NCBI RefSeq assembly: GCF_009914755.1
Contig: NC_060926.1
Reading direction: 5' to 3' (one strand)
Source: the human T2T-CHM13v2.0 reference genome, Homo sapiens
DNA: 64,000 nucleotides
Shown: piece after piece, positions 52,134-64,000 of the stretch
How the letters are laid out: each line of letters starts with the position of its first letter
Position numbering within the stretch: position 1 is the first letter of the stretch
Notes under the pieces: generated by a model
Seen by the model: only the letters and a program-made list of their open reading frames with translations
The model's database searches: none
What the model was told of the DNA's origin: nothing
Program-made: the position numbers and the translations under genes

Positions 52134-55100
52134 AAGCTGTGGCTTTTTCTTTTAACATTTTCAGTAGTGCCAAGCTGAGTGTCATGCCCTTAATCGATCG
52201 TCTGAAGATGATGATGCCTCTGGGAAGGACAGTGGGGATGACTCCATATTCATTGCTCTTTTTCACATTTCCTGCTAGCCTTCTGAAAGCCAGTTCTTGG
52301 GGATATTGGAAAGACCAGTGGCTGTGAATCACGAAATGGAAAAGGTCCCCCTACTGTCCTTCCCAGCTAGACATAGGGGAAAAGAGGCACACACTCCTGG
52401 CTTGCAGGGTGCTTAGTAAGAGGACCCAGATATTTAGCTGAATTAAAGGGTGTTCAAAAAATATAGGACATGGAATAGAGGATGGAAAAATAGGACTCCT
52501 GAGAGGAAATTTTCTTCAATGGGTGGTATGGAGGGACAGAGTAGTAGAACCTCCAGGACCTCAGCGAGCCAGCAGCTTCTATCTTCCCATTTTACTGGCA
52601 GAAAAACTGAGGAGCAGGTAGAGTGAGTGAGTGCCTCACAGCCTGCCATGGCAGAGCCTGACTGGCAGCTGAACATCACTACTTATCATGGACAATTATT
52701 ACTGCCATCCTGTGCCATAGTACCCAGAGAGCAAATGGGCACCTACCCCATGGCATGGGGAGTAAGTAGTCTAACTTTTTCCAGGGACTGAGCAAGAAGA
52801 CTCAGTTTCCCTGCTGAGGCCACTCAAGAAGGTTTTTATGATACTCACAAAGTCAGTTTATTCCTAGGCACTCCTCTCAACCAAATATCATCATCTAACA
52901 TCATAGCAAAGTTTCCAGTCTGAGAAATTAAATAATTAAAAGCTACCAAGAATAAAAAGGACTTGAGAATGTAGACATCACCATGGAGGGAAAATTGTGT
53001 TTCCAAATAGTTAGAAGAATAAGACAGGTCTCACATGAAATGCACCATAGGGCATGGCCCCCTTTCCATTTGTGATAAATTTCAAATTTGCTTCTCTAGG
53101 ATCATATTCAGATTCATTTTCTCTCTTGCTGTGGAGTTAAGTCACTGGTGCCTCCCTTTACGTGGCCTCCCAGTGTGCACCTCTCTAAACTCACCTGTTG
53201 TCATGTGATGGACCTCGTTCTTTTAAAGGAGTCCTGAAACCCAACCTGCAGTTGCTGTTTGCCATTTGAAACAGTGCTCTTTTTTTTTTTTAACAAGGTA
53301 ATACTTTACTACTTTGTTACTCCCAAGGCATTCCAGGCTCCCCTTTGAACAAAAGTAGACTTCTCAGGATCACCAAGATAAAGAGATGCCAAGAGACCAA
53401 TTCCTATATAGCTCTGCATGTTGACAACATAATGACCAAACATTGAACCCAGTGTTCAGATAACTAAGGTAGCCACTCTAACTTCTGTGGGTTACATTGT
53501 TCTTCATTGGTAGTATATGAGTATCTGAAAATCCGGTAAAAACGTATGTAACTTTTTTCAATCACAACATATGAAATCTAAAAACACTTAACCATATAGA
53601 TGCTTGGCATTGGATAGACGCAGATTGTTTTTCTATATTGCATGATTTTCTACTCATACACACTGAAATATATTAAGTAGCAGGGAGATAGAGAGAGAGA
53701 GATTAGTGGAGTGTGATGGACCACCTAATTTTTTTCTCTCCTGGAATCCAAGAGCTTCCCCCTGATTCTCTGGCATCCCATTCTCTTGCTGCTGTGTCTG
53801 GATCTTAGGTCTCCAAATTTATTTTTAGTGTGGGTAGTAGATGTCAACCACTTTGTGAGCAGTAACAATGGTGCTGGGGATCCCTGTATTGTATTGCTAA
53901 ACAACATTCGGCAACCTCTTGCTCAGGGTGTTACTTCCTTTTGATGCTTTGAGGTAGCATGGTCTTTTCTCTTCTCCCTAGTCTTGTGGCTTTGTTTGCT
54001 TGTTGCATTTGGGGTGTTGGCATGGCTGAAACCCATCCCAGAGAAGATGTTCATTGAAATGTCAGAGGGTGAATGATTGACAATGGGCACAGTGCTTTTG
54101 TATAAGGGCTTTGGCAGGTGATTATTGGATTATTTCCCAATAAATGCCATCCAAATCTACCCAATGCACCACTGAGCAATGTGCCAAACTGTTCTGGGGC
54201 ACTAGTACATGCTAATGCTTCTCACCAGTGGCTGCTGGCTTTCCAGTCCTTTCCTTTGTGAGGTTACAGGGCATTGACTAAACACAGTGACTTTTGTACT
54301 TGTCACAATTAGGAGAGCATGGCATTTTTTTCCATACAAAAAGAGCTCACATTAGGTTATGTGTTCTTCAGTCGTATCAAATATTGATATGGATTCTATT
54401 CACACAAGCTGTGTCCTTTAAAACTAGGAAGGCACCCCAGAAAGCATCAACCTCCAAAAGTATTTTTAATGGATGTGTCTTAATGCAAACATACGACATT
54501 AAAATATCATAAGCCAGGCCTGTAGCACTTGGCATGCTTTATAGAATAACTTGATGATGGTTTCAATTGTGTGATGCAATTTTTGATACATTTAAATAAT
54601 AGCATGGAAAGAAATGTTCTTTCCATTTGGTTTGAGGACTGAGTGGTTTGCATATGCACTTACCTACCAGCTGACATCAATTAAATTGCTGGGCTTCTCT
54701 CAACCAGTTTTCTTTTTGATATACTGGGGACTCTAATACCTACATACCACAGGATTCCTATAAGAATCAAATGCAATATCATTAGAAAATGCGTTTTATA
54801 AAACACTATAAGAATTTAATGGGTATGTATCATCATCACCTTATTTCCAAGCAGATATTCCTGATTCTAATACAAAAAAAATTCTTAAATATCACTGTCA
54901 TAATAAAAATAGATAACCCTCTGAAGCCCAAGAATAAAAGTTGGCAGGTTACCCTAAAGTTGAAAAATGGAGTTCGGTTCTCCAAAGTGCATGTTGAGCT
55001 TATTTTTGTTTTGAACAGAATAATGTTAAAAAAAAATCAAATGACCTCCACTATCACTTTCTTCTATACATTATTTTATTTTCCCTAGCTTTAATAAAGT

Positions 55101-55176
55101 ATGATTGACAAGTATATGTTTATGGTGTACAACGTGATGTTTTGATCTACATAGACATTCTGAATGTTACATATTA

Positions 55177-55366
55177 CAATCATGGATTGCTTAACGACAG
55201 GGATACATTCTGAGACATGTATCATTCTGATGTTGTACAAACATCATTGAGTGTACTTACACAAATCTAAATGCGGTAGCCTTCCACACACCTAGGCTAT
55301 ATGGTGTAGCCTATTGCTCTGACCAGTGTTGTATATGTTGTCAGTTACTGACTGAAACATTGTTAT
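55177..55366 (-). mobile_element. Internally deleted Tigger3-family MITE, adjacent to an antisense L1MA 3' end (55070-55170)
   Basis: 'gcttaacgacagggatacattctgaga...gagtgtacttacacaaa...cacacctaggctatatggtgtagcctattgctc'; preceded by TA. Confidence 0.8.
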
Positions 55367-56020
55367 TTTAAAGAGCACTAGTTTTCTGGGGTCTGTATTT
55401 CTCTCCCTTTCCCATTAACGGTAGACATTGAGAGTTTACATTAGTGCTTTATAGTCGCTGAACTGTCAGAACATTCCTGGCTAATATACATGCCACTGTA
55501 TTATCTCTTCACTAACACATAAGCCAGTTAGTGAATTCAGCAAAGGGAAGATTATGAAGTTGCAGGGTTTTTTTCTTTTTTCTCTTCCCTTTTTTTAAAA
55601 AAAAATTTCTGTCCTTTCATTTGAATTTTTTTTACTTCCCTTCTTTATTTGATGTTTGTAATTACAAATATTTCATCTTAGTGAATTATATGATTTTCTT
55701 CAAATAAGCTTTGGATTATGTAAATTCTGCCAGTTGGGTCCCAGCGGTGGCAAGTGCTCAGCCTTTATGGAGCTATACCTCCTCACTAAGTCCAAGTGTT
55801 CTCTTCTCCTATCTAATTACATGAAACAAATTTCTGGCAGATATGATATAATTATCATTGTCTATCTTCAAAAATGTTAAGGGCAAGAAAACAGTTTTAT
55901 TAAGGTATCTATTCCACCGATAGACAATATGGTTTCAATTTTACTCATCTATTAGGGGATTTTGACACTTGCCAGGTATATATTGAGCCTTTGTTATGTG
56001 CCAGGCAGTGTGCTAAAGCC

Positions 56021-56160
56021 AAGGTCAAAAGTAGAGGTGTGGCAAGTGAGTTGCCTAGGGCAAGTAGTTAAAGAGGTGCTCACTCACACAACCCTTAAAT
56101 GTGTCTCCTTAATGTTTGCACCCTTGGCACCTCACCTACCTCACCTTAGTCCCAGCCAGG
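56021..56160. mobile_element. MER96-like palindromic hAT MITE inserted in an antisense L2
   Basis: 'ggcaagtgagttgcctagggcaa...gaggtgctcactc...ccttaatgtttgcacccttggcacctcacctacctcaccttagtcccagcc'; flanks rejoin the L2 motif 'tgtgctaagcactgaga'. Confidence 0.65.
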
Positions 56161-58607
56161 TAAGCACTGAGATATAAAGGTGAGAAGACATGGTGTGACC
56201 TTCAGGGACACATGCAGAAAGCGGACAGACACTAAATGAATATAATCCATGCAAAGTGACCAAAGAAGTCATAGGGGTAGAAATGAAGTACTCTGCTTGG
56301 TAAAATGCTAGTATAGACTAATTTAAAAATGAGTGAGATAGAGTGTTATTGGCAGAGAAACCAACTATGAGATTATATTATTTTTTGAGGGTCTGAAATA
56401 AGATGAAAAAAAGGAGAATGAAAGTAGCATTATGCTGCCAAACATCCAAGTTGAGTGGATGAAGTGGGTGTATAATGGAGAGGAAGGGATAGTATTTTAG
56501 GCTAAGTCCTTGGTGTTGGCATCAAGAGATGGATGGTGACTTCCCAATGAGTCCTCACCACATCAACAGAGCCCTGCTGCCCAGATGTTACTGCTGACTT
56601 CCCAGCCTGTCCTTACATTATGAAGCACTTTTCAACAAAGATAAAAGTTTGCACCATGGTATCTTCTGTTCCCAAGAACTGTATCCCGCACCTCTGAAAA
56701 TCATCCTTCTGCTTTTTGTAATGAGCAAGTAGAAACATCAAAGAACAATGCTAGATTTTCTTTATTAAAAATATGAGGGGGAAAAAAAGAACATTATGTG
56801 TGTTATTGTGGGTATTTCCAAAGAGGTAACTAAAATTTTATGGCAGCCTTGTTAGTAACTCTATAAATCACCTGACAGCATCTCTGTGTTAAAATCTCTT
56901 CTGCATATAAGCAGTAAAATGAAGCACACATTGGAAATTCTGATGATTTCAAACTTCAGACTTTCTTTTAAAGTAATAACTTTAATTCAGTTCTTTCTGG
57001 CATAAACTTTTTCATCCCATTATGTCAAAAATTGTATTATCCATCCATTTGTCTGTCAGAACGTCTCCCTGCGGGGTGATAGACTCCTGGATTCTCTACT
57101 CTAAACCTCCCCATTACATCCTGCTATCAAGAGTCACAATTTTCCACGAAAGTCTCTGGTGACTTTTGACAATGTTTTACAGAGAACTAGACCAGGAATT
57201 GCAGAGTTAAAGGAAATTTTCCATTCTGGCAATGAATATGTAATAGGCATTACACTGTGCAGTATTCCAAAAAATGTAAGGTTCATTAAGTCTTTCTAAA
57301 GCAGGGACTTTCGTGTAGCTTTGAAGGAACCTGTCTTCACAATGGCATTAGCAAATGGCACTTTGGGGCACAGAATATTAATATTGCGCATTAAGGAACA
57401 AATTTGTTTAAATGCTGTATAGCTATATGTGGATGCCGATGATCCAGAAATAAATAAAAAGTGAATAGTTGTCCAACTTTGTATGTAAATTGCCTTTTGC
57501 TTATATACATAAGAATGCTTTTTCCTCCTAAATTCCTTCATATTAACAAGCAGGAGTGTAACTAATATATAAACTAAAGTCATTCTCTTTAATGAGAATG
57601 CTAAATATTTTAAAGAAATGCAAGGCTGTGAAATATTGTCAAGGGCATTTTTATACTTAAGTTTAAGAACGCTTATGACTTAACTGTTGAATTATTTAAC
57701 ATATTCAGCCTGGAAGCACTATTTATGTATGTTTTTTAATGTTCTTACTTATGTTGGCTTTTCTTTGCTAAGGATTTAGGACCTTTGATTTCTGTTTATA
57801 AAATTTACATTTTTAATCTCCTATTTCTATGTATTTCCCATTTGACAGTGGCAACAATATCCAGAAGGAAGGGGAAAAAAGGAAAAATCTCATGGAGCCT
57901 GAAACAAGGGCTGCACATGAGAGAAACTTAAGCCGTGCTGCAAAGGGAATGAAATCAACTTTGGGAGCCAAAAATAAAAGTCCTTTTCAATGAACCACCT
58001 GTATAACTAAAATAATAGACACAGCAATATGCACCTGCTTTCCCAGCTTTTCTCAAGGAAGCATGCAATACGCAAGGAGCAGGATTGTCCTGTGCAGTAA
58101 TATAATCCTATACAATCAGCATTTGCTACTTTGAGTTGTCAGCTTCTATTTTTCACCCACGTATTGTTCTGCAATTATTGACAAGCCACAGATTTATTAG
58201 AGCAACATAAAAACACATTTTCCCTCATTTTATTCAATTAACCTTGATTCATATTTCTTAAATGTTGAAGGATTCCTCAAAGATTTGGGAGGGATTCTGA
58301 GTGGAACACCTATCAGTGCTGTTCAGGAAATGGAAACTGACAAGCAAAGGTAGGGTAAGGGCAAGTTTTATTTTAGCTATTCCTATTAAATTCTACTCAT
58401 GTGGTTAATAATATAAAAATTGTCCAAGTGACTTGAGATGGAAATGCACCTAGAATTTGCTTGAAGCATTTGTGATTCTATAAGGACTATGTTTGGAAGA
58501 AAGGATGGGCAATTTTTAAGACGAGCATGTTTTTGTCTACTGATGTTTCATTTTACAAACTATATATATGCATACACATACGTATGTACGTATGTATATT
58601 ATACATG

Positions 58608-58611
<4 letters not shown>

Positions 58612-58652
<41 letters not shown>
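58612..58652. repeat. (CA)20 microsatellite preceded by an alternating purine-pyrimidine tract
   Basis: Seen directly. Confidence 0.95.
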
Positions 58653-58653
<1 letters not shown>

Positions 58654-59375
58654 TTCAATTTTACTAATGGTACTGAGCCAAAATTTTTCTTCTGCACTAA
58701 ATCTAAAAGGCACAATAATGAGGCTTCTAAGGGATGGGGCCACAGTCATGCAGTCAGGGGAGGAACTGAAGGTTTCCATGACTTGTTTAAACCATTAGAG
58801 GTCTTCTGGACATTGATTTTTCACTTTCATTTAGTCTATTGTTATTAAGCTTACTTTTTAAAAGGGTACCCTGATTAAATGAACTTTGAAAATGCTGGAT
58901 TAAATAAAATTCAGTAAGATGTTTCCAGAGCCTTGAATAGATGATTATGTTTTGTGAATCCTCAAGCAAAAATGGTAATAGCTACCATTTTCCAAACATT
59001 TTGACTAGGAATCTCTGTTTCTTTATTTTTTTTCCAGAGCACCTCCAGGTGAGTGTTCCACAGAACACACATTGGGAAACAATGATTTTGTCAATAAACT
59101 CTTACTGAACCCAGCCATGGAATAGATTCTGTGTCAGGAGTTTATTGTTTCAGACAAATATGGTTTATTATCAATACCACAGTGTGAAAAGAGACTTTGT
59201 CACATTTATGCCCCTGATCGTCACAATGTCTAACATATGTATGTGCTTAAGAAACAGGCATTGAATGAATGAATACATTAATTAAACAATCTAAAGATTT
59301 ATACTTAAGTGCATTTGCGCAGATGATTATATCATTTTAATATTTATTTCATACTCTAAAGAGATTAATATACTG

Positions 59376-59426
59376 TTTAGAGAGATTGGGTGACAGTTAG
59401 TATCCCTGTCACCCAATCTCTCTAAA
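59376..59426. repeat. Perfect inverted repeat, 21-bp arms, 9-nt loop
   Basis: tttagagagattgggtgacag / ttagtatcc / ctgtcacccaatctctctaaa. Confidence 0.97.
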
Positions 59427-61699
59427 ATTCTGTTTAAGGGAAGAACCTAAAGGAAGAGACGTTGATTTAATTGTATGAAAGATTAGTGATCAAAACTCAT
59501 CTGCTTATCTATAATGACCATGCTCCTGACATCATTACCAGCTGTGGGGAGGATATGGCCCTTTAATAGCTTTTTTCTTTTGTATTCTCCACTTGCCTCT
59601 CCATAAAACATGCATATAACATCAACTCCATAACAGAAGGGCATAGAAGTGGTCTGGGTAAGGCTAGGCATTTTATCTTTCACTGGATTATAGAGGTTTA
59701 CTCTGTGCAAAGCTAATGGCCTTATAAAGACCATAGGCAATGGGTGCCTCAGGTAGCTATGTATCAGGTATTGTCACCATACTCTAAAATTGACATTCTC
59801 ATTTTTGAGGTCGGAAGACGTACTTTTTTTGTGACACAGCTTCATGGTATGTGTTTATAAAATATATCAATTTAAATTAATTTTGTTCTGGAAGTATTAA
59901 CACAATAAATATTCTGGGACAGCTCAAGGTATTTGAGTACCGCATTGGCCAGAATTACAAATGAATGTACCAGAAAATAAATGAATGACTGAAGTCACTA
60001 AATACCTGTAAACCATGGGCATGAGGATATTTAAATGAATAGCAGCATTTCTTTTTATTTATGCAATTTTCCCTCAAAGGTAGAAGGAGACTCACTAAGT
60101 AGTGGTGCCTGAGTTACCCTACTGGCTTGATCCTGCCTCCCAAATTTCACTTCTTTAAAAAAAAAAAAAAAAAGAACTTATCAAGGATCAAGAATCCATA
60201 GACTCCTCAGAAGGTATGTAGAAAGAAAACAGCCCTATAACTTCAAGAGAGTATACAGAGCAATTTGGAAATGCAGATTCAGTGGGTAACACATGAAAAT
60301 GAGCCACAGCTATTTCCATTTCTCCACAGCAGAGCGTTTCCCACCATCATCTCAGAATGCAATGAGCTGACTGAATAGTTTACCTAGAATGAGCTTGCTG
60401 AGCACCAGTAAGTCAAGCATCAAAGTTCCAGAGGTGTTGCCAGAGCCAGATGATCAAGCAGGTATTTTACTCAAGTTAGGTCTAAGATTGAGTCTGGGAG
60501 ATTAGCTAAGGCATGAAAAACCCCCTAATCACATGGGGTCTAGAGTCTGGACACCCAAAAGCAACATTAAAAAAAAATGCTGTTCTAACAAGGAAGAGTC
60601 ACCAAGGCAACTTCTAATATCAGAGCAGGAACTTTTCCTTTCCATCCACTGAGCTGTCTGCAACTTGAGAGCAGAGATGACCTCATTCACTTTAAGTCTC
60701 CTCACAAAGTAACTTAGAGTCTGGCCATGGTGGTAACTTAATAAATGTTAGAGAAATGAATTAAATTTCTTTTTGTTTAATTTTTCACCCTGATGCTGGT
60801 TAAGGCAGAGGGGGAGAAGCTGTAATTACCTCGTGCCCTTTGGGTTTCTCCAGCAAAATAGAAATCTCAGTATTCAAAGACTAAATAAAGAGAAAGCTAT
60901 GGTAACCCTCCTGAAAATAGGCTCATAGCCCCTGTGATAACCTTCTTCCCTCACTCTTCTCATTAGCTGGGATCTAGTCACTATCATAAATTTATTCTTT
61001 TTTCTAAAACCCAGAATTCTCAATTAACCAATAAGTCAATTCAACATATTTACAGGCCAGTGGCATTTATAATTGTTCCTCTGAGGTACCCCATGATTCT
61101 AAGGAGCTTTTAGAATTGGCCAATAATCAAAATAACTTTGGTTTAGTTTTAGTGCTAAATGTTTTCCTGGTAGTACTGGGGTCAACGGGTGATGGGATGG
61201 ATTCTTTCCAGGACGAGTGAAAGCTAACAACTGGTTAGGCCAGTGGCTTTAGGCAACCATTCAGGAGCATTTCCAGAAGAAGGCAAGGGGGGAAATTCAC
61301 CAGAATTAACAAGTACATACAGTAAAGTAGTGGCAATACAAAGTTATTTGCCATGCACAGCACGGCAGCCAAAAAAAGGTGGAAACTATCTGATGATGGT
61401 TGGTGTCAGGGGTATAGCAAGCCACGCAGGTGAACAATGCAGCAGGAACATGAAATAAAATAATTCTAGCAGCAAAGAATAAAACACAATCCATACAAGG
61501 AGGTCACAATTAACAGGGAATTATTGCAGCAAGAAGTGAAATGCAGACACCGGTTTTCAATAGAGCTAGATAAGTCAGTTTAGGCAACTGGATTAAGGGA
61601 AGCTAGGAAGGCAAAAAAAAAAAAATGTTATTACAGGTTACTAGTGCAAAAATACTCCTGCAAGAGCTTAGTTTAAAACAGAAGGCTAGAACAAAAAGT

Positions 61700-61900
61700 C
61701 AATGAGTAATCACCCAGGAGCAGGGGGCATAGGAATTACAAAGAGGCACAAGGAAACTTTTGAGGGTAATATATATGTTTATTATCTTAATTATGGTTAT
61801 GGTTTCATGGGTATACAAATATGTCAAAACTCATCAAATCTCATGCTTTAAACATGTGTTGTTACTGTATGCCAATTAAATCTCAATAAAACTCTTAAAG
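61700..61900 (+). mobile_element. L1M (MD/ME-like) 3' end
   Basis: 'ggcacaaggaaacttttgagggtaat...ggtttcatgggtataca...tgtcaaaactcatcaaat...ctcaataaaa'. Confidence 0.8.
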
Positions 61901-64000
61901 GAAAGGAATGAAAAAAAGGGAAAAATAATGGCTAAACTCAAGCCTAGACGCAGCATTCAAGGGCTAAGCATGAAAAATAACAAAGCTGAAAATGTTAAAT
62001 GGTTGACTTGAGGACTCAGCAGTTCTTTTGCCTGCTATGGTAAAACAGAGGAAAAGAGAGACACAGAGATCTGACTTACCTACTCGTACGTACACTCACA
62101 TTGCTTATGACAGGTAGAGAATTCTCATTAGAGGAAGTGGTGCCACAGTGTAAACATACAGAAGAGTGTGCCCATCTGGGGAGGGCCCAGCAAGCTGTCT
62201 CCCATGAGGTCTCACAGGCCCACATTTATTTCCTTCGTGCACTTACCCTGATGGACATGACATAAGATGGAACTGGGTCCGTGGTTAGTAAGGGTCTGGT
62301 CTGTATTTCTGACAGCCTCTGGAACCTAACTCATCAGCACACCTAAGAACAGCTCCTCTCTCACTGACAGACTCGTGAAAACCAAGCTTAGGAGACTCAT
62401 TTATTTATTTATAAGAAATATTATTTTCATTCAGACCGAAATCCTTGAGTCTGGCTGTCCTTGTAGCTTTCTTCTCCAGGCTAGAGCCTCATGGTAAGGT
62501 GAAAACTTATTGGAAGCTACTGTGAATCAGAACAAGCGGTTGGACTGCTGGCATGTTAGACGGCATAGCCAGACATACCCATCTCACCCAAAGCACAGCA
62601 TTACCCCTCTCTCTCCTGGAGGAGACTTGGATGAGCCAAGGATTACTGCCATAATTCTCTTCTTTTTCTACATTTGTATCTGATTAGTCCCTTCTCTGAT
62701 AAACATATTATTTCTGTAGATTTGTCATGACAATGACTTGGCTTGCAGCCAGGTATTTCTGAATGTGAAAATCAGTTCATTACTATAAGACATTGCTTAT
62801 CTATGCTCTGATCCAATAGATGTTGACTTTATAGCTTAATCCTCAAGAGGAATTCTTTTTTTCTTTATTTATATATTCCTGGATAGATATCTGCAACTCC
62901 CATATACTGATACTAGTGTATATCGAATACAACTATGCTCCATATGTTAATTGTTCCAAAAGATAATTATTGGATTCTGACACATTGGAAATAAGAAACC
63001 ATGTATATAGTAGCTGCCATAACTCTCCGACAACCAAAATATTTGTTTATTTGAATCATTCAGTTTCTTCACTATGCTGGCAAAGTTTTTACCCTACTGT
63101 GGGAAAACGGGACACTTAGGTACAGATTAATCTGTCTGTCCAGAAGCAGAGCAATGTTTCCTTCTTCACTACAAATGCAAGTCAGAATAGAGAGACTCCT
63201 TTGTGAAAATTCACAGAACACAAATGAGGAGCTTGTGCTTCATTGGAGGTTAGTAGTCAAAAACTTTGCTTCAGAAGCCTATGGAAATTAGGGGTGCTTC
63301 TCTCTGGTCTTATTAGCTCTCTAATTCTTTATCGCAATAGGATAAAAATTATAACACTCAAGAGATAGAGTCCAGTTGAAGGGTTTCAGTCTCCCCAAAT
63401 TCTCCTGGTCAGGCAATATCAAGTTGTCATCCACTCTGAGTCAAAGAGACTTCGACGGTCAGCACACTGAAACTAAAGAGGCAGTGGGTGGCTCTCCTGG
63501 AAGTAGGGCTTATGCCTATGCCTATGGTGAATCTGTTGGAGAAACAACCTGGGAACTTTCCAGCAAAGAGAAGTGAAGGGGGAAATTATTCAATTCCTTT
63601 TAGTACCTTTGCTGAGGCACAGACTGGCCCTAGGGTAGCAACCAATCACAACTTCTCTTCTCATTTTTTGGAACATGAGTTTCTCCCTATTTATCAAGAT
63701 GTTTATATCAAAAGATCAATCAACTGTGATTTCATACAAAGAGACTTAAACAGGGTATTTGTAGCTATCACATGTTCTTCTTCCTTAATGCTTGTATTTT
63801 TGTAAGGTGAACACAGGCCTTTAAAACACATTAGTTAAAAATGATGATCACAAGTCTCCCAATCTTCTCTTGGAAGGTATAGAAGGTCTCAGGTCTCATT
63901 TAAAGGATAGACCTGACATCTGGCATAAAAGATATTGTCATATGGACCTTGAGCCTGCCATTGTCCACAAAGGGAAGGGCCAGGCCACATGCTGGAAGCT

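Noticed and set aside
53189-53250. Minus-strand donor CAG|GTGAGT (and TAG|GTAAGT near 54660)
   Set aside because: No convincing acceptor or pyrimidine tract upstream; isolated consensus donors are expected by chance.

Overview
This is primate (most likely human) non-coding genomic DNA, AT-rich and CpG-depleted. It contains nine Alu SINEs (J, S and Y types, several with readable target-site duplications, TSDs), old L1M, L2 and MIR fragments, MaLR/ERVL solo LTRs (LTR16A, MLT1D/I/K), hAT/Tc-mariner MITEs (MER5, MER30, MER58, MER96, Tigger3) and many microsatellites. I find no credible protein-coding exon, RNA gene, CRISPR array or CpG island. The supplied ORFs are short, often start at GTG/TTG, and are mostly repeat-derived or random. 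Several multi-kb repeat-poor blocks carry locally retained CpGs and clustered TF motifs, which suggests a large intron or gene desert near a developmental regulator. That is inference, and I cannot name the locus. Best leads: a perfect 21-bp-stem hairpin at 59376-59426, a candidate + strand terminal exon at 29035-~29285, a minus-strand splice cassette with a 45-nt donor-to-acceptor gap at ~62035-62246, an inverted Alu pair 63 bp apart, and a tandem duplication of an AluY 3' end plus its TSD. I see no sequence-level proof of a wholly new biological system. Repeat subfamily names come from remembered consensus sequences, and boundaries of old elements are approximate.
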